Shown: positions 38,704-51,801 of the stretch, one piece after another | Position numbering within the stretch: the stretch's first letter is position 1 | Layout of the letters: every line of letters begins with the position of its first letter | Source: Octopus sinensis | Taxonomy: Eukaryota | NCBI RefSeq assembly: GCF_006345805.1 | Contig: NC_043007.1 | Coordinates: forward strand, 28,210,001-28,274,000 | Direction: 5' to 3' | Length of the DNA stretch: 64,000 nt | Position numbers and translations under genes: made by a program | The notes under the pieces: model-generated | What the model was told of the DNA's origin: nothing | Databases searched by the model: none | Seen by the model: only the letters and a program-made list of their open reading frames with translations

Positions 38704-39320
38704 TTATATTTTGATATCGCTAGTGATAACAATACTCGAAATATATAACAGACTGGAATTGTAGGCCCGTCTCTTGCAATTTCGATCAAATTTTATCTTG
38801 TCCTCCCTCTTGTATAGAAGTGTGGCTACAATCCAGCCTACCTCTACTTCTGGGGGGACATTTTTAATTTTTATCCAGGACGTCCTACGTCCCAGATATA
38901 AAGGTAAAAATAAAATATTTCCACTTTGCAAGGTTTGAGTCGAGTACTCCCTTGCACGCTACGTTGACTCGAACCTTGCTTCTATTGTGGTGAATTTACC
39001 ACCTCTGGTTAGATATTTGATATCTTTGCACCAAGACACTTTTCGATGGTGCTTTCCTCCAGGTGTTCAAATTTTTTTTTTTCTCTACATAGTGTACTTT
39101 ATAGACAATAGTCTTTTCTTTAATTTAATTTTTTATTTCGTTTGGTGGTGTTATCCTAGATTCACCATCTTTGTCGGTGATCAATCCGAAATAGGTTTGT
39201 ATTTCTTCCATTTTAATTTTAATGAGTTCGCACCTGCTGATGGCTGCAGTGAAATTCATTTTCGACTTTCTTCTATCAAAGGCATTTTAACAAAAATGCT
39301 TCCGTATAAACGGTGAAAAT
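38704..39320 (-). mobile_element. Degenerate ORF1/gag-like remnant of a non-LTR retroelement (Tx1/L1-like)
   Basis: Frame KVSWCKDIKYLTRGGKFTTIEARFEST*RAREYSTQTLQSGNILFLPLYLGRRTSWIKIKNVPPEVEVGWIVATLL with one in-frame stop and no splice sites. The I.N(V/I)P motif resembles RRM-type ORF1 proteins. Confidence 0.45.
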
Positions 39321-39656
39321 ATTGTCAATTTTCCCAAACAGGGACACAATTCAATTTTTAAACAATAACCAAAGCTTCTTTTCCTAGAGTGGGAGGGTTA
39401 CGGTTTACAATTATTTAACACAACAATGTTTCCCTTTCGAGGAACCAACAAACGTGATAACAATAGTTAAACAGAAATAATAATAACAACAAACCTTACG
39501 GTGAATCAAAAAGCAGTACGCAGTTGAAGCTATAGTCCTTTATGTATAAGAAATAAACCAACAGCAGTACTCAGTAGAAGCGGCTGTTTGAGAAAACAGA
39601 CATCACATATAGCCAAACTTCATGTAGATACTTAATGCTAGCTAATTAGCAAATAA

Positions 39657-40186
39657 TCTAATGTAAAAGCCGTGGTAAAAGGTATGTGCACAGCTCCATC
39701 TAGACTATTCCATTTCTGCACACTAATTTTATTTTTAATTTATTCCCATTCATGTGAAACCATTTATTCAAGTTCAAGTCATTGATGCAATTTTATACCA
39801 ATTGCTATTTTTACTTTTGTTAGTTTACGATTTAATTATTATATTATACTTTAGTTTGATTTTAATTATTACTTACTACATATAACTCAATTGTTATTAT
39901 TATCACTAATTTTTATTGTTAAAGTCAAAGTATCTGACATAAAATAGAGAAATGTTTTCGTTTCACTTTTAACACGTAATACTGAAAGAGTGGAGAAGAT
40001 ATGATATTGCTATGGGCTCGCCCTAGGCAAGAAGTTGAACATTTTTTTTTGCCATGAAACTACAAGGACCCTAAGTAAGGCATGTGTAAAATTTGAATGA
40101 AATTGGTTGTGTAGTTAGTTTTAGGGAAACATACAGACAGACAGACACACACACACACACATTCCCAGTTTTATATATAGAGAGAT
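39657..40186 (-). mobile_element. Possible non-autonomous Helitron
   Basis: Minus strand starts a|TCTCTCTATATATAAAACTGGG followed by (TG)/(TCTG) repeats, typical of Helitron 5' ends. The 3' end is degenerate. Confidence 0.4.
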
Positions 40187-40400
40187 GACAAAGTAATTAT
40201 GGTACTTTTCATTTCGATAGTTATTGCTGTAGCTATAAGAAAACAACAATTGCTATTGAACATTTAAAATCAAGTAGCCATGATCATAACTGTTAGCTAG
40301 CATAGTTATAAGGAAATATTACTAAAAGCCCTTATGTATTTCTAAATTGTGATAAAAATTATAGGAAATTGATTGACTTCAAATGTATATATTTACTTAC

Positions 40401-40447
40401 ACCATCATCTTCATCAATCATCAGTGACTGCTTCAGCTCAATATTAC
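40401..40447 (-). CDS. DNMBP: Tuba/DNMBP-family 47-bp exon: (G)NIELKQSLMIDEDDG
   Basis: Acceptor ttttatttatggtaatcag, donor GGT|gtaagt, phase 1/0. It exactly reconciles the phase between the 42446 exon and the terminal exon. Confidence 0.75.
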
Positions 40448-42445
40448 CTGATTACCATAAATAAAATGAATCAATTAAAATATTTTACAAAAGAATACAC
40501 AGAGACAAGCTACTACGAACAGATTGTAGTCACTATCAGTCTTTAATAATACAAATACAAGATTGAATAACATTCTGGATCAAACATTTCTTGGAAACAC
40601 TTCATGTCACAGTTAAATACTCTATAATAGAATATATAATGGTGTTTCAAATCAGACTGAAGTTTAGGCCATCCATAATGCAAAACCAATAGGCAACCCT
40701 AAATGTCTGACGGACTATTAGGGTTCCAGAATCAAGTAAGATTTCCCAAATAACATCCTTGACTATGAAAAGTTTGCTTCCTTTAGATGATATTTCCCCC
40801 TTTTTAACCTTGTCATTGTGATTTTAATGATTGCTAAGCCTATTGAAAATGTTGCTAGGTAACAAATACTTCTAAATTTCTTTCACTATGGATAAAATAC
40901 AAAATGTTAACTTGTGCTTAGGAAGAGGCACAGGTTCATGTTTTTAGTTGGGACATGAAGTATGAGTGATAAATTTTGTAGGGCAAATGACCTTTATGCT
41001 ATTATGCTGGACTTAGTATTTTCATCATTCTTATCATTTTAAAGTTTGTTTTTCTAAAGTTAGCACAAGTTTGAAATACATCAAGTTAAAAATTCAAGGA
41101 GAAATACAGCATTTCTCTATGAATTTTGATGATGTATCTTCTTGGATTCAATCTAATTTATCCTCTGTATTTTACACAACCAGCAAATGGCACCTGTTCA
41201 TCAAGTATGCATTCTTAGCCATATTTCAAGTTAATTAAGGAACACAAATTTATACAGTGAATCCTTACAATTTTACCTCCACATAGGGACTAAAATATAT
41301 TCTGTTTTCAACAAAGTTGGTTAGGTTCTTTTGGTGGAGAGAGAGGATTGCTACTACAGGTTAATTATATCTCATCATTAACAAAACACATCAACTGCTT
41401 CAAGTGAACCGTTTGAACACTTCATAGCAGGTCAATGTTAATACTAGACACAGCTAATCCAGTGCATCCAATACCTCAAAAAAATCAGCTACTTTTACAC
41501 TACAAGGCATTGGAAATACTTTTTGTGCACTATACTAGGTACCATAAAATAACTGATCTGACACATGCTAATTTTCATAAATGAGGAAACCTCTACATAG
41601 TTGTTGGTCTGGTTAAAAATATCAGCTAAATCTCCCGCAAATCACGCTCTACCATTTATTATTTCAGGATTATTTTTCATGTTCACACAAGAAAGACAGT
41701 TTGATGAGGTGGGTCAAGTAGGTGGACCCAGTGACAGAATGGGTTAGTCCATCTGCCATGCCACCATGGGTTGGGCAGTTCATCAGAGTCCAAGACAATT
41801 CTTACTGAAGTTATACAGATTTATTGTTGGGGGAGGGGGGTGCAGAAACAGTAACAGTATAGAAGACAAGCATTAAACAAAAATGATGATTATTCTCTGT
41901 TTTCTTTAAATTATTTATTGTATGTGTGTGTGTGTGTGTGTATGTATACATGAGATAGTGTAGTTCTTGATTTACAAAAGAATTATTTGAGCTCAATTTT
42001 CTGTAAAATTAATAAAAAATTGAGAGATGCTACTGACTGAATTGATAAAGTACCAAACCTATTGAAGTGATCCAGTTCATATCTCATCACTGACACTGCA
42101 TTGGACCCATAGCAAATATAATTATTGCTAACTAACCCTCATAGCTGCAGACAGGTACCAAATAACGATACAGTTCACCAGTAAAAATAGTAGAAATTAT
42201 TAAGGTTATTATTACAAAACATTTACATGTGTGGCTTCACCTAATTAGTATAACTTGCAGATACACTCATTGAAAGAAGCATTTAACTATGTAAATTTAA
42301 TCAAGTATGTGTGTGAAAGGGAGATCCATTTTGTCTTAAGGTGGTAATTATTGAAATATGACAGGTGCTTTTCAGCTTACTAATTCTGCTGGCTGTCATT
42401 AGTAAGAGGCAAATTTTTATTAGCTGATTAATTGAAGTGACTCAC

Positions 42446-42563
42446 CTGTTACTGGAAAATGATCAGTATTCATACCCGTTTTAGGTCTAGTTGCTTTGTT
42501 TGTATTTACAGGCAAACTATACCTGCATGTTTCAGAAGGTAACACAGGTACATTAAGTAATAC
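42446..42563 (-). CDS. DNMBP: Tuba/DNMBP-family linker exon: VLLNVPVLPSETCRYSLPVNTNKATRPKTGMNTDHFPVT(G)
   Basis: Acceptor atttatttttcag, donor CAG|gtgagt, 118 bp, phase 0/1. Pro/Thr-rich linker. Confidence 0.75.
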
Positions 42564-42789
42564 CTGAAAAATAAATTCATATATACATGCATATAACTAT
42601 GCAAACTACATGACTACAACTGAATATTACTATGGATACCCATATTTGATGCAACCATCTCTGTTAATGAGAAAAGGAGTATAGGGATGACAAGTACCCA
42701 AAGTCAATTCATATCTTTCGCAAATGGGAATTGAGAATAATCTAGAGTGAGTTTAGTGAAAAAAATGTTTAATCTAAACTGCTAGATGC

Positions 42790-43010
42790 TGAAACATAAA
42801 CCAAAAGTAGTACAATTTCCTCAAGTAACTCAGTAAATATTTTCTATTGGTTTGCTTCAACCCTTATTCTAATATTCAACATTTGATGAGGTAATTACTA
42901 TTTCTCTGTTGCATATATAGTTGTTTCATATTACTGACACTTATTCTCTCCACATTCTAACAATCCACATGACCAGCAATGGCTAATTTTTCAAATATTA
43001 TTTACTATAC
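42790..43010. repeat. Dispersed repeat, second copy at ~48125-48280
   Basis: ttgcat.tatagttgtttcatattact.acactt.tt.tctcca.attctaacaatcca.a.gaccagc is shared by both. Confidence 0.75.
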
Positions 43011-43059
43011 AAAATTCATTATAGAAATAATGAATAGTAAAAATTATACCATCTTCATT

Positions 43060-43260
43060 ATCATCATCATTTGACATCCGTTTTCTATACTGGCATGGGT
43101 TGGACAGCCAGACAGGAGCTGGCTAGCCAGAGCACTGCACCAGACTCTATCAGCTGCTTTGGCATGATTTCTACAGCTGGATGCTCTTTTTAATGCCAAA
43201 CATTTTACACAGAAGACTGGCTACATGGCATCAGCACAAGCAGGTCACTAAGTAACTTGC
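43060..43260 (-). mobile_element. Degraded RTE 3' UTR copy
   Basis: tcatcatcatttgacatccgttttctatactggcatgggttgg...ctacagctggatgc. Confidence 0.7.
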
Positions 43261-44100
43261 AAGACAAACAGCCCTCAACTGGGAGGTGGGGTTGTATTGA
43301 TGGCAGTGCATACTGACTTTGTGCATATTGACAAGAAATAAAAGTATAATTGAGGGATAGAGATAGGTGTCTTGCTGTAGAGGAGATACATGGCTACTCC
43401 TATGGGGGAAGAAAAGCAGAAAGTTAGAAAGGAAGATAGAGAGGTACAGAGAAAGAGTGAAAAAGAGAGATGGTGCTGGAGATGTGTGAAGATAGAGAGA
43501 GAGGTGACTATAAATGAAAGATGTAGAGAGGATTGGACTGGGTGAGTGGGCAGAGGAGACAGAGGGGAAGTTTCATAATAAGAGTGTGAGGAGAGATGAT
43601 TAGAGATGGAGAAGAAGCAAATGGTGGTTACTCAGTGAGACTGATAGATATGTGGGAGCAGTGAGAGTGAGAGCAGATAAGAGAGATGTTAAAGATGGAG
43701 TGTAGCAGAAGGGAGAGAGAAATGGCTAAAAGCATACAAAGGAGTGGAAAGGAAATAGTGGGGGCAGGGAAGATAATGAGAAATGGGTTCTAGTGGGGAG
43801 GAAGGTAAGCAAAAGGGAGGAAATGTAGTATGTGCCTATTCTGCTCCTGGATGATTATAGTATAGAAAGCGAAGTGATGAGTGTAAGGGGATGCAATATG
43901 GAGGAAATGCTTGATGGGGCAGGGCCCCTCAGGTACAGACATTACCAAAGTAGTTTTAGGATGGAGATCTGCTGTGATTGAGAAGACCCAGCAACTAAAG
44001 TGAGATTGCAGCCATGGTCAATGTCAGTGTTGCATGTTCAGCCCATTTAAGAGTATCCTAGGTGCTTCAGGTGATATATGCTTGAGAAGGCCTGTTGAGT

Positions 44101-44628
44101 GAATCATCATCATCATCATCGTTTAGCGTCCGCTTTCCATGCTAGCATGGGTTGGACAGTAAAATAAAACCAAAATCGCAGCTGTGGCCAGTGCCAACTG
44201 ACTGGCTTCCATTCTGGTGGCACATAAAATGCATCATCTGAACGTAATCGATGCCAGTGTCCCCTACTGGCTCCCATGCCAGTGGCATGTAAAGAGCACC
44301 ATCCAAGTGTGGTCAATGCCAATACCCTCTGACTGGCCCCCATGCTAGTGGCACATAACAAGCACTATCTGAATGTGATTGATGCCAGATTCACCTGACT
44401 GGCCCCTGTGCTGGTGGCACAGGAAAAACACCGTCCAAATACAGCCAATGCCACTACCCATTGACTGGCTCCCGTGGTTGGCATTAGGAAGGGCATCCAA
44501 CTGTAAAAACATTGCCAGATCAGACTGGAGCCTGGTGCAGCCAGTGGCTCTCCAGACCTCAGTCAAACCGTCCAACCCATGCCAGCATGGAAAACGGACA
44601 TTAGACGATGATGATGATGATGATGATT
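44101..44628. mobile_element. Two RTE 3' UTR copies in inverted orientation (44101-44350 minus, 44370-44628 plus)
   Basis: Starts with catcatcatcgtttagcgtccgctttccatgctagcatgggttgg and ends with its reverse complement ccaacccatgccagcatggaaaacggacattagacgatgatgatg. Confidence 0.85.
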
Positions 44629-44649
44629 TTTGCTGAGGTGAATGAGTCC

Positions 44650-46640
44650 TCTCAAACACAGCAAAACACCAACCATCTTGCTCAGGATCTTGAGATCGGC
44701 CTTCAATACATCTCCTAAGTATTCCTAGGTCTCCCTCTTCAAATAGTTTGATTTGTTTTAAGGAATCAGCATTTCTTTATGGAACTGTTTAAATATGCAT
44801 TACTTGGCCAAATCAGTGCAGTCATCTCTCTTGCACACTGCATCTAATTCCTCTTGCGCCTAACTTTTCTCTCAGTCATACATGTACACTGAAGTTACAC
44901 ACCTACTGGCGTATACAAGTTTCATTCCTCTCTAGTTGTTGCATGTCCTCTGCATTCAGGGCCCACGTTTCACTACCGTGTAGCAATGATGCTCATACAC
45001 AAGCATCATACAATCTTCCTTTCATTTGGAGAAAGAAAACTTTTGTTGCCAACAGAGGTAAAATTTCTCTTAATTTTCTCCATCCTATTCTTATTCTGGT
45101 AAGTACTCTTTCAGAACATGCTCCTCTACATCTAATTAGGTCACCTAGGTAACAGAAATTATCTACTGCCTCTAGAGAGCCTCCAGTGTATTTGAGAAAA
45201 ATCAATTTTCTGTGTATCTATAGTCTTTATGACCCCTGTGCATATTCCACACACTAACACTACTTTCTCGTTAACCTTCCTGTAATTCTACTGCACCTCT
45301 TGTGTGTCCATAGCTTGCACTGTATGGAATTCCTGTTTACACCTTCCCTACATATTGAGCAGAGCCGTTTACCTGTTGTAGGTAGAGTCTTATCTATTTT
45401 CTTCTTTACTAGAACTTTGGCATTTACTCAGTTAACTTTAAGGCCCTTCTATTCTAGCTTTGGCATCCACACCTGGAATTTCTTTTCTAATTCTGTTACA
45501 GACACCAGTATGAGAACACGATCATCAGCATATAGTAGTTCCTAGGGTCAGCCAGTCTAAAATCCTTTTATGTTCTGGAGGATGATGAATAGGAAGGAAG
45601 AGAGAACATAGCCCGGATGAACGCCTCCATGTACACTAGATTTGTCATTGTGCTCATGGTTAACTCTTACCCTACTGACAGCATCCCTGTATAGTTTTCA
45701 CAAGTCCATCATCTATCTCTAGCTACTTCAGAGATCAGTATTTTGCAGAGTAAGGTTCTCAGTCAAAGACTTTCACAATGTCATCAATTGTCAAGTACAA
45801 TAGTTATTTTTAGTTAACTACTTCTGAAGTTGTCTGACTAAGAAGATAGCATCAGTAGTACTTCTTGCTTGCACAAAACCAGAGTGCATTTCATCAAGCC
45901 TAACTCCATTTTTAATTAATCAGGTTATAACACTTTCTGTAACTTTTATGACCTGGTCCAGCAATTAAATATCAACTTGATTAACTATAGAGGTAACTAG
46001 ACTATATATTATAAGCATCTCAGTGGGCCAGAGGCTTTCCCCATCTTCATATCCTTAATTGTTTTATTTATCATACTGTTGTCAGCTAAAATAACTGGTC
46101 CCTCTTTTGGTTTCACACTGGAAAGACTCTTTCTTCCATGCATTCCTACATTTAAGAGTCATTTATAGTAGTTCATCTATGCCTCTTCCTTTTCAGAGTC
46201 ACTAAGTACAAGCATACTATTCATATACATGTCTTTCATGCAACAATTTGATTCTCTGATACACTGACTAGCAATCTGGAACACTTCCAGTCTCCGATCT
46301 TCATGCTGTAAGATGTTTGCAAACTTCTTCCATTCTATTTCTGCCCTTGATAGATAAACTTGTCACTTAACTTCCTTCCTAGCTACTTGATACAGCTCCA
46401 TTTTTCTAGTTTTTCCAAGCCTGTATCTTCACTTTTATGCCCCTATCTACCTTACAATTTCACCACTGTCATATCCTCTGACTAGTTGGGGCTTTGCTCC
46501 AGCCACAGATTTGATCTGCCGTCTTCAGACGGTTGTCTTGTAAGAACTTTCCATTGTCTTCTACATTATACATCACTATTACTCCTCTTTCTTGTTCAAT
46601 GCTTTAATCAGAACATCTTGAAATTTCTGACTGTTTGATG
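44650..46640 (-). mobile_element. Degenerate RTE LINE fragment (RT region and C-terminus, with deletions)
   Basis: ORF 44993-45205 (LEAVDNFCYLGDLI...WRKLREILPLL...RLYDACV) is homologous to 53426-53863. The upstream part has many stops. Confidence 0.85.
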
Positions 46641-46964
46641 GATCTTTGAAATAAATGGTGATAACTGATTTTTAGAAAAATATGTTAGAGACTAATAATG
46701 TTACAACATTTTTGCTTAGTTAAAATTAGTTTTTCTTTGCCATCACAATTTACTCATTCATCTATTATGATTAGTGTTATGCACAATATCCCAGTTTCAA
46801 GATCTCAAAAATTATACCAAATTCATTGTACAAATTTTATTTATGAAACATTTTCTGCCCTAATTCCTTAACTAGACTTAATTCAAGCCAAACAATGGTT
46901 CTAACCTAAACCAGCTTTCTGGTAAACTTTAACTAAGCAGTTGCTATAAAATAGAAAAATCAAA

Positions 46965-47535
46965 ATTGCAGGCGTGGCTGACAACAGTACTGCCTGATTG
47001 GCACTCGTGCCAGTGGAACATTGAAAGCACATCCGAACATGGGGTGTAACCACTCCACATTCATTGGACAATGAACTTTGCTTGCAAAGACCTGTTGAGG
47101 CAAGTGTAAACAAACCAAAATTGCTGACGTAGCCAATGACAATACCACCTGATTGGCACTCATGCATGATCATCTGAGAATGATTGTTGCCAGGGCCACG
47201 GATTGCCTCCCAATCCGGTGACACATGAAAAGCACCATTCGAGCATGGTCGTTGCCAGTGTCACTGGACTGGCTCTCGTGCAGGTAGTACATAAAATCAC
47301 CTTTTGAGTGTGAGTGTGGTCGTTGCCAGAACCGCCTGACTGGCCCTCATGCAGGTGGCATGTAAAAAGCACCCACTACACTCTCGGAGTGGTTGGCATT
47401 AGGAAGGGCATCCAACTGTAGAAACTTTGCCAAACCAGAGTGAGCCTGGTGCAGCCTCTGGCTCACCAGTGCTCAGTCAAACCATCCAACCCATGCCAGC
47501 ATAGAAAGTGGACGTTAAACGATGATGATGATGAT
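46965..47535 (+). mobile_element. RTE 3' UTR copy, plus orientation
   Basis: Ends ccaacccatgccagcatagaaagtggacgttaaacgatgatgatgatgat, 10 nt from the donor of exon 47546-47647. Confidence 0.85.
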
Positions 47536-47545
47536 ATAAACTTAC

Positions 47546-47647
47546 ACGATTAACATCAAACTGTTGAAACCACAACTCAGAAAATATTTTCTGTACCTGC
47601 CAGTTGCTGGGTTCATTTTTATTCTTGTCGTCCTTCATTTCAATAAA
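47546..47647 (-). CDS. DNMBP: Tuba/DNMBP-family exon after BAR: FIEMKDDKNKNEPSNWQVQKIFSELWFQQFDVNR
   Basis: Acceptor ctttgctttgttttcag, donor CGT|gtaagt, 102 bp, phase 0/0, open. Confidence 0.75.
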
Positions 47648-47721
47648 CTGAAAACAAAGCAAAGATCATATTCATTTTACACATACAATTATTTTAATGA
47701 TAGAGAGTATTTTCATTCATT

Positions 47722-47947
47722 TTAACTGTTTAGCATGCAAATTACTCTGTCAAATGTAATGCTTATTTTTGCACATCATTTTGAATTAATCATGCATTAT
47801 CTTGTTGATTTGGGATTTTGATGTGATTGTTTATTTTTAGGATTACATTGTAGGGTAGTTATGAGAGGCTGAACCTGGCTGGTTTGAACATAAAACAGGT
47901 AGAATATTTTGGGGTAAATATTATAATTTTAAATGGTAAAGGGTTAA
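47722..47947. mobile_element. piggyBac-like non-autonomous MITE
   Basis: TTAA-flanked ends (ttaa ctgtttagcat ... atggtaaaggg ttaa). The body is the reverse complement of 586-791. Confidence 0.7.
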
Positions 47948-48699
47948 AATATATTTTTTAATGGTTTTTTAAAACGATTTCTATGACAGCCTTAGTTGGA
48001 TGGTTCTATAAGTTTGTTAAAAAATCATCATTTTAGCTATTTAAAACTCAAACTATTGAATGTTGAAACATTAACTAAATGCAGTACAATGTCATCAAGC
48101 AATTCATTAATTTTTTTTTTACGTGGGTTTGTTTCAACTCTTATTCTACCATTCAGTATTCGATGACATAATTACTCAGTTGCATGTATAGTTGTTTCAT
48201 ATTACTCACACTTGTTTTCTCCATATTCTAACAATCCATAGGACCAGCCTATGGCTATTTATTTCTAATATAATTTAACTGAAATTATGTATTACAATAG
48301 ATGCTTTCTGTGGTTTCATAAAGTTTTAGTAAATGGTGCAAATTTTTTCCATTCTTCATTGACACAGCTTCATTCACTTTCTTAATATTTTTGAGAACTG
48401 CATAAACAACTACCACATTTCTTCAGCTCTGTGTTTAACCATAAAAATTATACAATTTATGAAAAGATGTCCCAATATTGGATTGATTACCAAACAGACA
48501 TTCATACTGATTAACTAACTGCTTGGATCAATTTGCTTACAATTAAATTCAGTTCTGCTTATCTTTGTTGATTTGATAATAACCAAAATTCTTGATATCA
48601 CTTAAGTCAGTTAATGATAAATGTTAAATTTCTTTTAATAAATTAAGTATTCAACTTAAATTCAATAGAGGAAATGTAAAGGCTTTATCCATATGTTAC

Positions 48700-49180
48700 A
48701 CTGACAACTTTCAATTAACATCAAATTTATCCTGCTATGTGATGCAAGGCTATGGTGAATGAATTCAAATATCCTCAAAAAGATACAAACTTTCATGGAA
48801 GGGTACATCAGAAACCCACTAAATATTAGATGCCCTGAAAAAATTGTGAGCAATGGAAACCTTTGGGCCAAACACAAACAGGAACCCATCCGCCATAAAA
48901 GTAAATGATATAAGTGGAAATAGGTAAGCAACAAATTTAAAATATCAGAAGGAGGTTTGGCAAGATGAGCCTTGAATTGGAACCCAGAGGAAAAGAGAAA
49001 GGCAGGACAACAAAGGCTCATTTGTTAGAGACTGGCAGGTTAAAAACTGAGGATAAAAGAAAAGAATGATATGGAATTAAGTGAAAAGCAAAGTACAAGA
49101 CAGAACACAACTGAAGACTGCTGTTCAGCATCTATGTTCTACCAACAATCAAAGCAGGTCATGATGAAGATGTAATCAAA
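48700..49180 (+). mobile_element. Old 3' fragment of a second RTE-like LINE family
   Basis: Interrupted translation LNIRCPEKIVSNGNLWAKHKQEPI...ALNWNPEEKRKAG resembles the RTE C-terminal motif (WPEKISNEDLW..T.QEPI...ALDWNPQGKR.RGRP). Confidence 0.65.
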
Positions 49181-49381
49181 GGGAGATTAAGCATCATCCT
49201 GGAGAGAATGCTAGTTATTTACAAGTAATATTTCAAGATCTATTATTATTATTTGCAACAATTAGGTGAGTTGCATTGTAATAACTGTTCTGCTTAAAAC
49301 ACATCAAAAAGGCTGCAGTGCATTTTAGTTGGTAGTCTTATTAAGTCTCATCCATTTCAACATGTTGCTCGGACAAGTTTA

Positions 49382-50130
49382 ATCATCATCATCATCATTT
49401 AACGTCTGCTTTCCATGCTCGCATGGGTTGGATGGTTTGACTGAGAACTAGTGAGCTAAAAGGCTGCACCAAGCTCCAATCTGATTTGGTAAGGTTCCTA
49501 CATCTGGATACTCTTCCTAACACCAACCACTCCCAGAGTGTAGTAGGTTATTTTTTACGAGCCACTGGCATGGGTGTCAGTCAGGCGTCCCTGGCATCAG
49601 CCACGCTCAAATGATGCCCTTTATATACCAGTCAGGTAGCTCTGGCATTGGCCACACTTGAATGGTGCTTTTTACATGCCACCGGCACGGGTGCCAGTCA
49701 GGTGACACTGGCATCGGCCACAACTACAATCTCCACTGGCACAGGAGCCAATCAGCTCCGGCATCAGCCATGCTCAAATTGTGCTTTTTACATGTCATCA
49801 GCACGGGTGCCAGTCAGGTGACACTAGCATCAGCCATCACAATGATCCCACCTGGCTTGACGGGTCTTCTCAAGCACGGCATATCTCTAATGGTCTTGGT
49901 CACTTGTCATTGCCTCTGTGAGACCCAACATTCAAAGATTCTGCTTCACCACTTCATCCCATGTCTTCCTGAGTCTACCTCTTCACATATGCATCACATG
50001 CCCATACCAGTGCAGTTGTCTCTCTTGCATACCACATCTAATGATTCTTATGTCCAACTTTTCTCTCAGGACACTCACACTCTGTCATACATGCACACTG
50101 AGATTACACATCCAGCGGAGCATACTAGCT
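49382..50130 (-). mobile_element. Short RTE LINE 3' end (C-terminal coding remnant, 3' UTR, tail)
   Basis: catcatcat tail at 49382 and UTR homologous to 52583-53200. 49900-50110 matches 53330-53560. Confidence 0.85.
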
Positions 50131-50790
50131 TCATTTCTTACAAGCCTAATATTTATACATCATTATTTTATTTTCAGTGGAGATTGTTAAAATCTCTAAA
50201 TGACACTTAATTTGACAACTCTAGGAGAAAGTGTTGATTGTTCAATCAACTAGGTCAATGACAAAATGTATATAATGTTGCAAGATATATAACCCTGTTG
50301 TTTTTTCAGAAATTTTATGACTTGTGGAAGGAAGTTATTCTCTAATTAGAGACCTGGCCTAACTGTTTGCACTAAATGCACCCAATGACCAGGTTGTGAT
50401 GTTAAAATGAGTGGCAGATTAAGTTTACCATCTAAGGGAATACTAGAGCCAATCCAAGGTGATATCTTGTCTGACAGTATTAATAATTTTGTTAATTTAC
50501 CAAACTTTGATATTACTGATTCTGAAATAATGAAATTTAGCAGAGTTTAAACTCAGATCACAGTGAGTTGGAATTAATACAGCAAGGCATTTTGTCTCAT
50601 ACTAAAGATGCTGCCAATTCACTCAATAATGTATTCGTAAATACTGTTAAATATTGAGTTGACAGCAACTACTACGACCACAAGTATAATCCTTTAGAGG
50701 TTGTGGGACTACAAAATAGCAATAATCAGAATCTTGTCTATTCATTTAAATATTTTTTTCAAATCACAATAAAAATCTTAAATTCCTTAC

Positions 50791-50973
50791 TTCAATAAAT
50801 TTCTTCAATCCTGTAACCCAGAGTTCTTGATAGTAATTCTTAAGCAGTATGAAGTTTACAATAATGTCCAAGATAACTTCTGATGATATTTTACACAGAT
50901 CTGGCAAGCCCTTTATCAATTGACAGTTTAAGGATTCATATTCTTTTTTTACCAACTCCAAAGATTCATTACC
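50791..50973 (-). CDS. DNMBP: Tuba/DNMBP-family BAR exon: GNESLELVKKEYESLNCQLIKGLPDLCKISSEVILDIIVNFILLKNYYQELWVTGLKKFIE
   Basis: Acceptor tttctttcaatttttag, donor GAA|gtaagg, 183 bp, phase 0/0. Matches the BAR motif YE.LN.QL..ELP. Confidence 0.9.
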
Positions 50974-51690
50974 CTAAAAATTGAAAGAAATATTTTCACA
51001 CTATTTTTATTATCTGATATCCAATAAAAAATAAAGGCAATATTTTCAATTTTAGTTTCACTTTAAATACTACTATTGCCAGGATGTATTTCATTTAGTA
51101 CAGAGGGATACCTTTCCATTGACATCTGAAGAAATACATACTTTTCAGTCAGGCAGATTGCATCCAGCAAAGTAATTGACCCTCAACATAAATTCCAAGC
51201 CAAGTATCTGCATGATAGCTTAACCTGCAAGAAATAGCAGCCCTATTTCTTTCAACTCATACCCTAACCCTTCATTAAATAAGATGGGATGGGCACAAGC
51301 AGCCTGTTGTTAATCACTGGCTTGCTCAATCAGTGGCAAAACAAATGTTTACAGCAAGGTTTCAACTGGCAGCATTCCAGTATCTTAATCTCTCACATCT
51401 ACTATTAACATTTGCAGCTTCACATGAATTAGAAAAATTACTAACATATATCTTAGTTTGATTTGATTACCTTGTGCTACATCTTGGCATCTGAAGATTC
51501 CTCACCTGACTCAAACCTCATGTAATCTGATCATATTCCACTCTCTTATGTCTGACTCAACATGCTATCCAACTTCACTTCACCAAAATACTCTATGTTT
51601 TACATGATACAGAACACTCCACCTTGTATGGCAACAAATCCCATTTCATCTTAATATACTTTCTTGCCTCTTCATTAATTTCATACTTAC

Positions 51691-51801
51691 ATGTATCTCC
51701 ATTAATTTATCATTCCGTTTTTTTATCAGAGCCTCTGGTCCTTCATATAGTTTAATTAACACAATTAGGGGTTGAAGAAGCAAAGTTGTTACCTTCTCTA
51801 C
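51691..51801 (-). CDS. DNMBP: Tuba/DNMBP-family BAR exon: VEKVTTLLLQPLIVLIKLYEGPEALIKKRNDKLMEIH
   Basis: Acceptor tttttgtgaatatttag, donor CAT|gtaagt, 111 bp, phase 0/0. Matches the BAR motif PL..L...F.GP.KL..KR.DKL. Confidence 0.9.
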
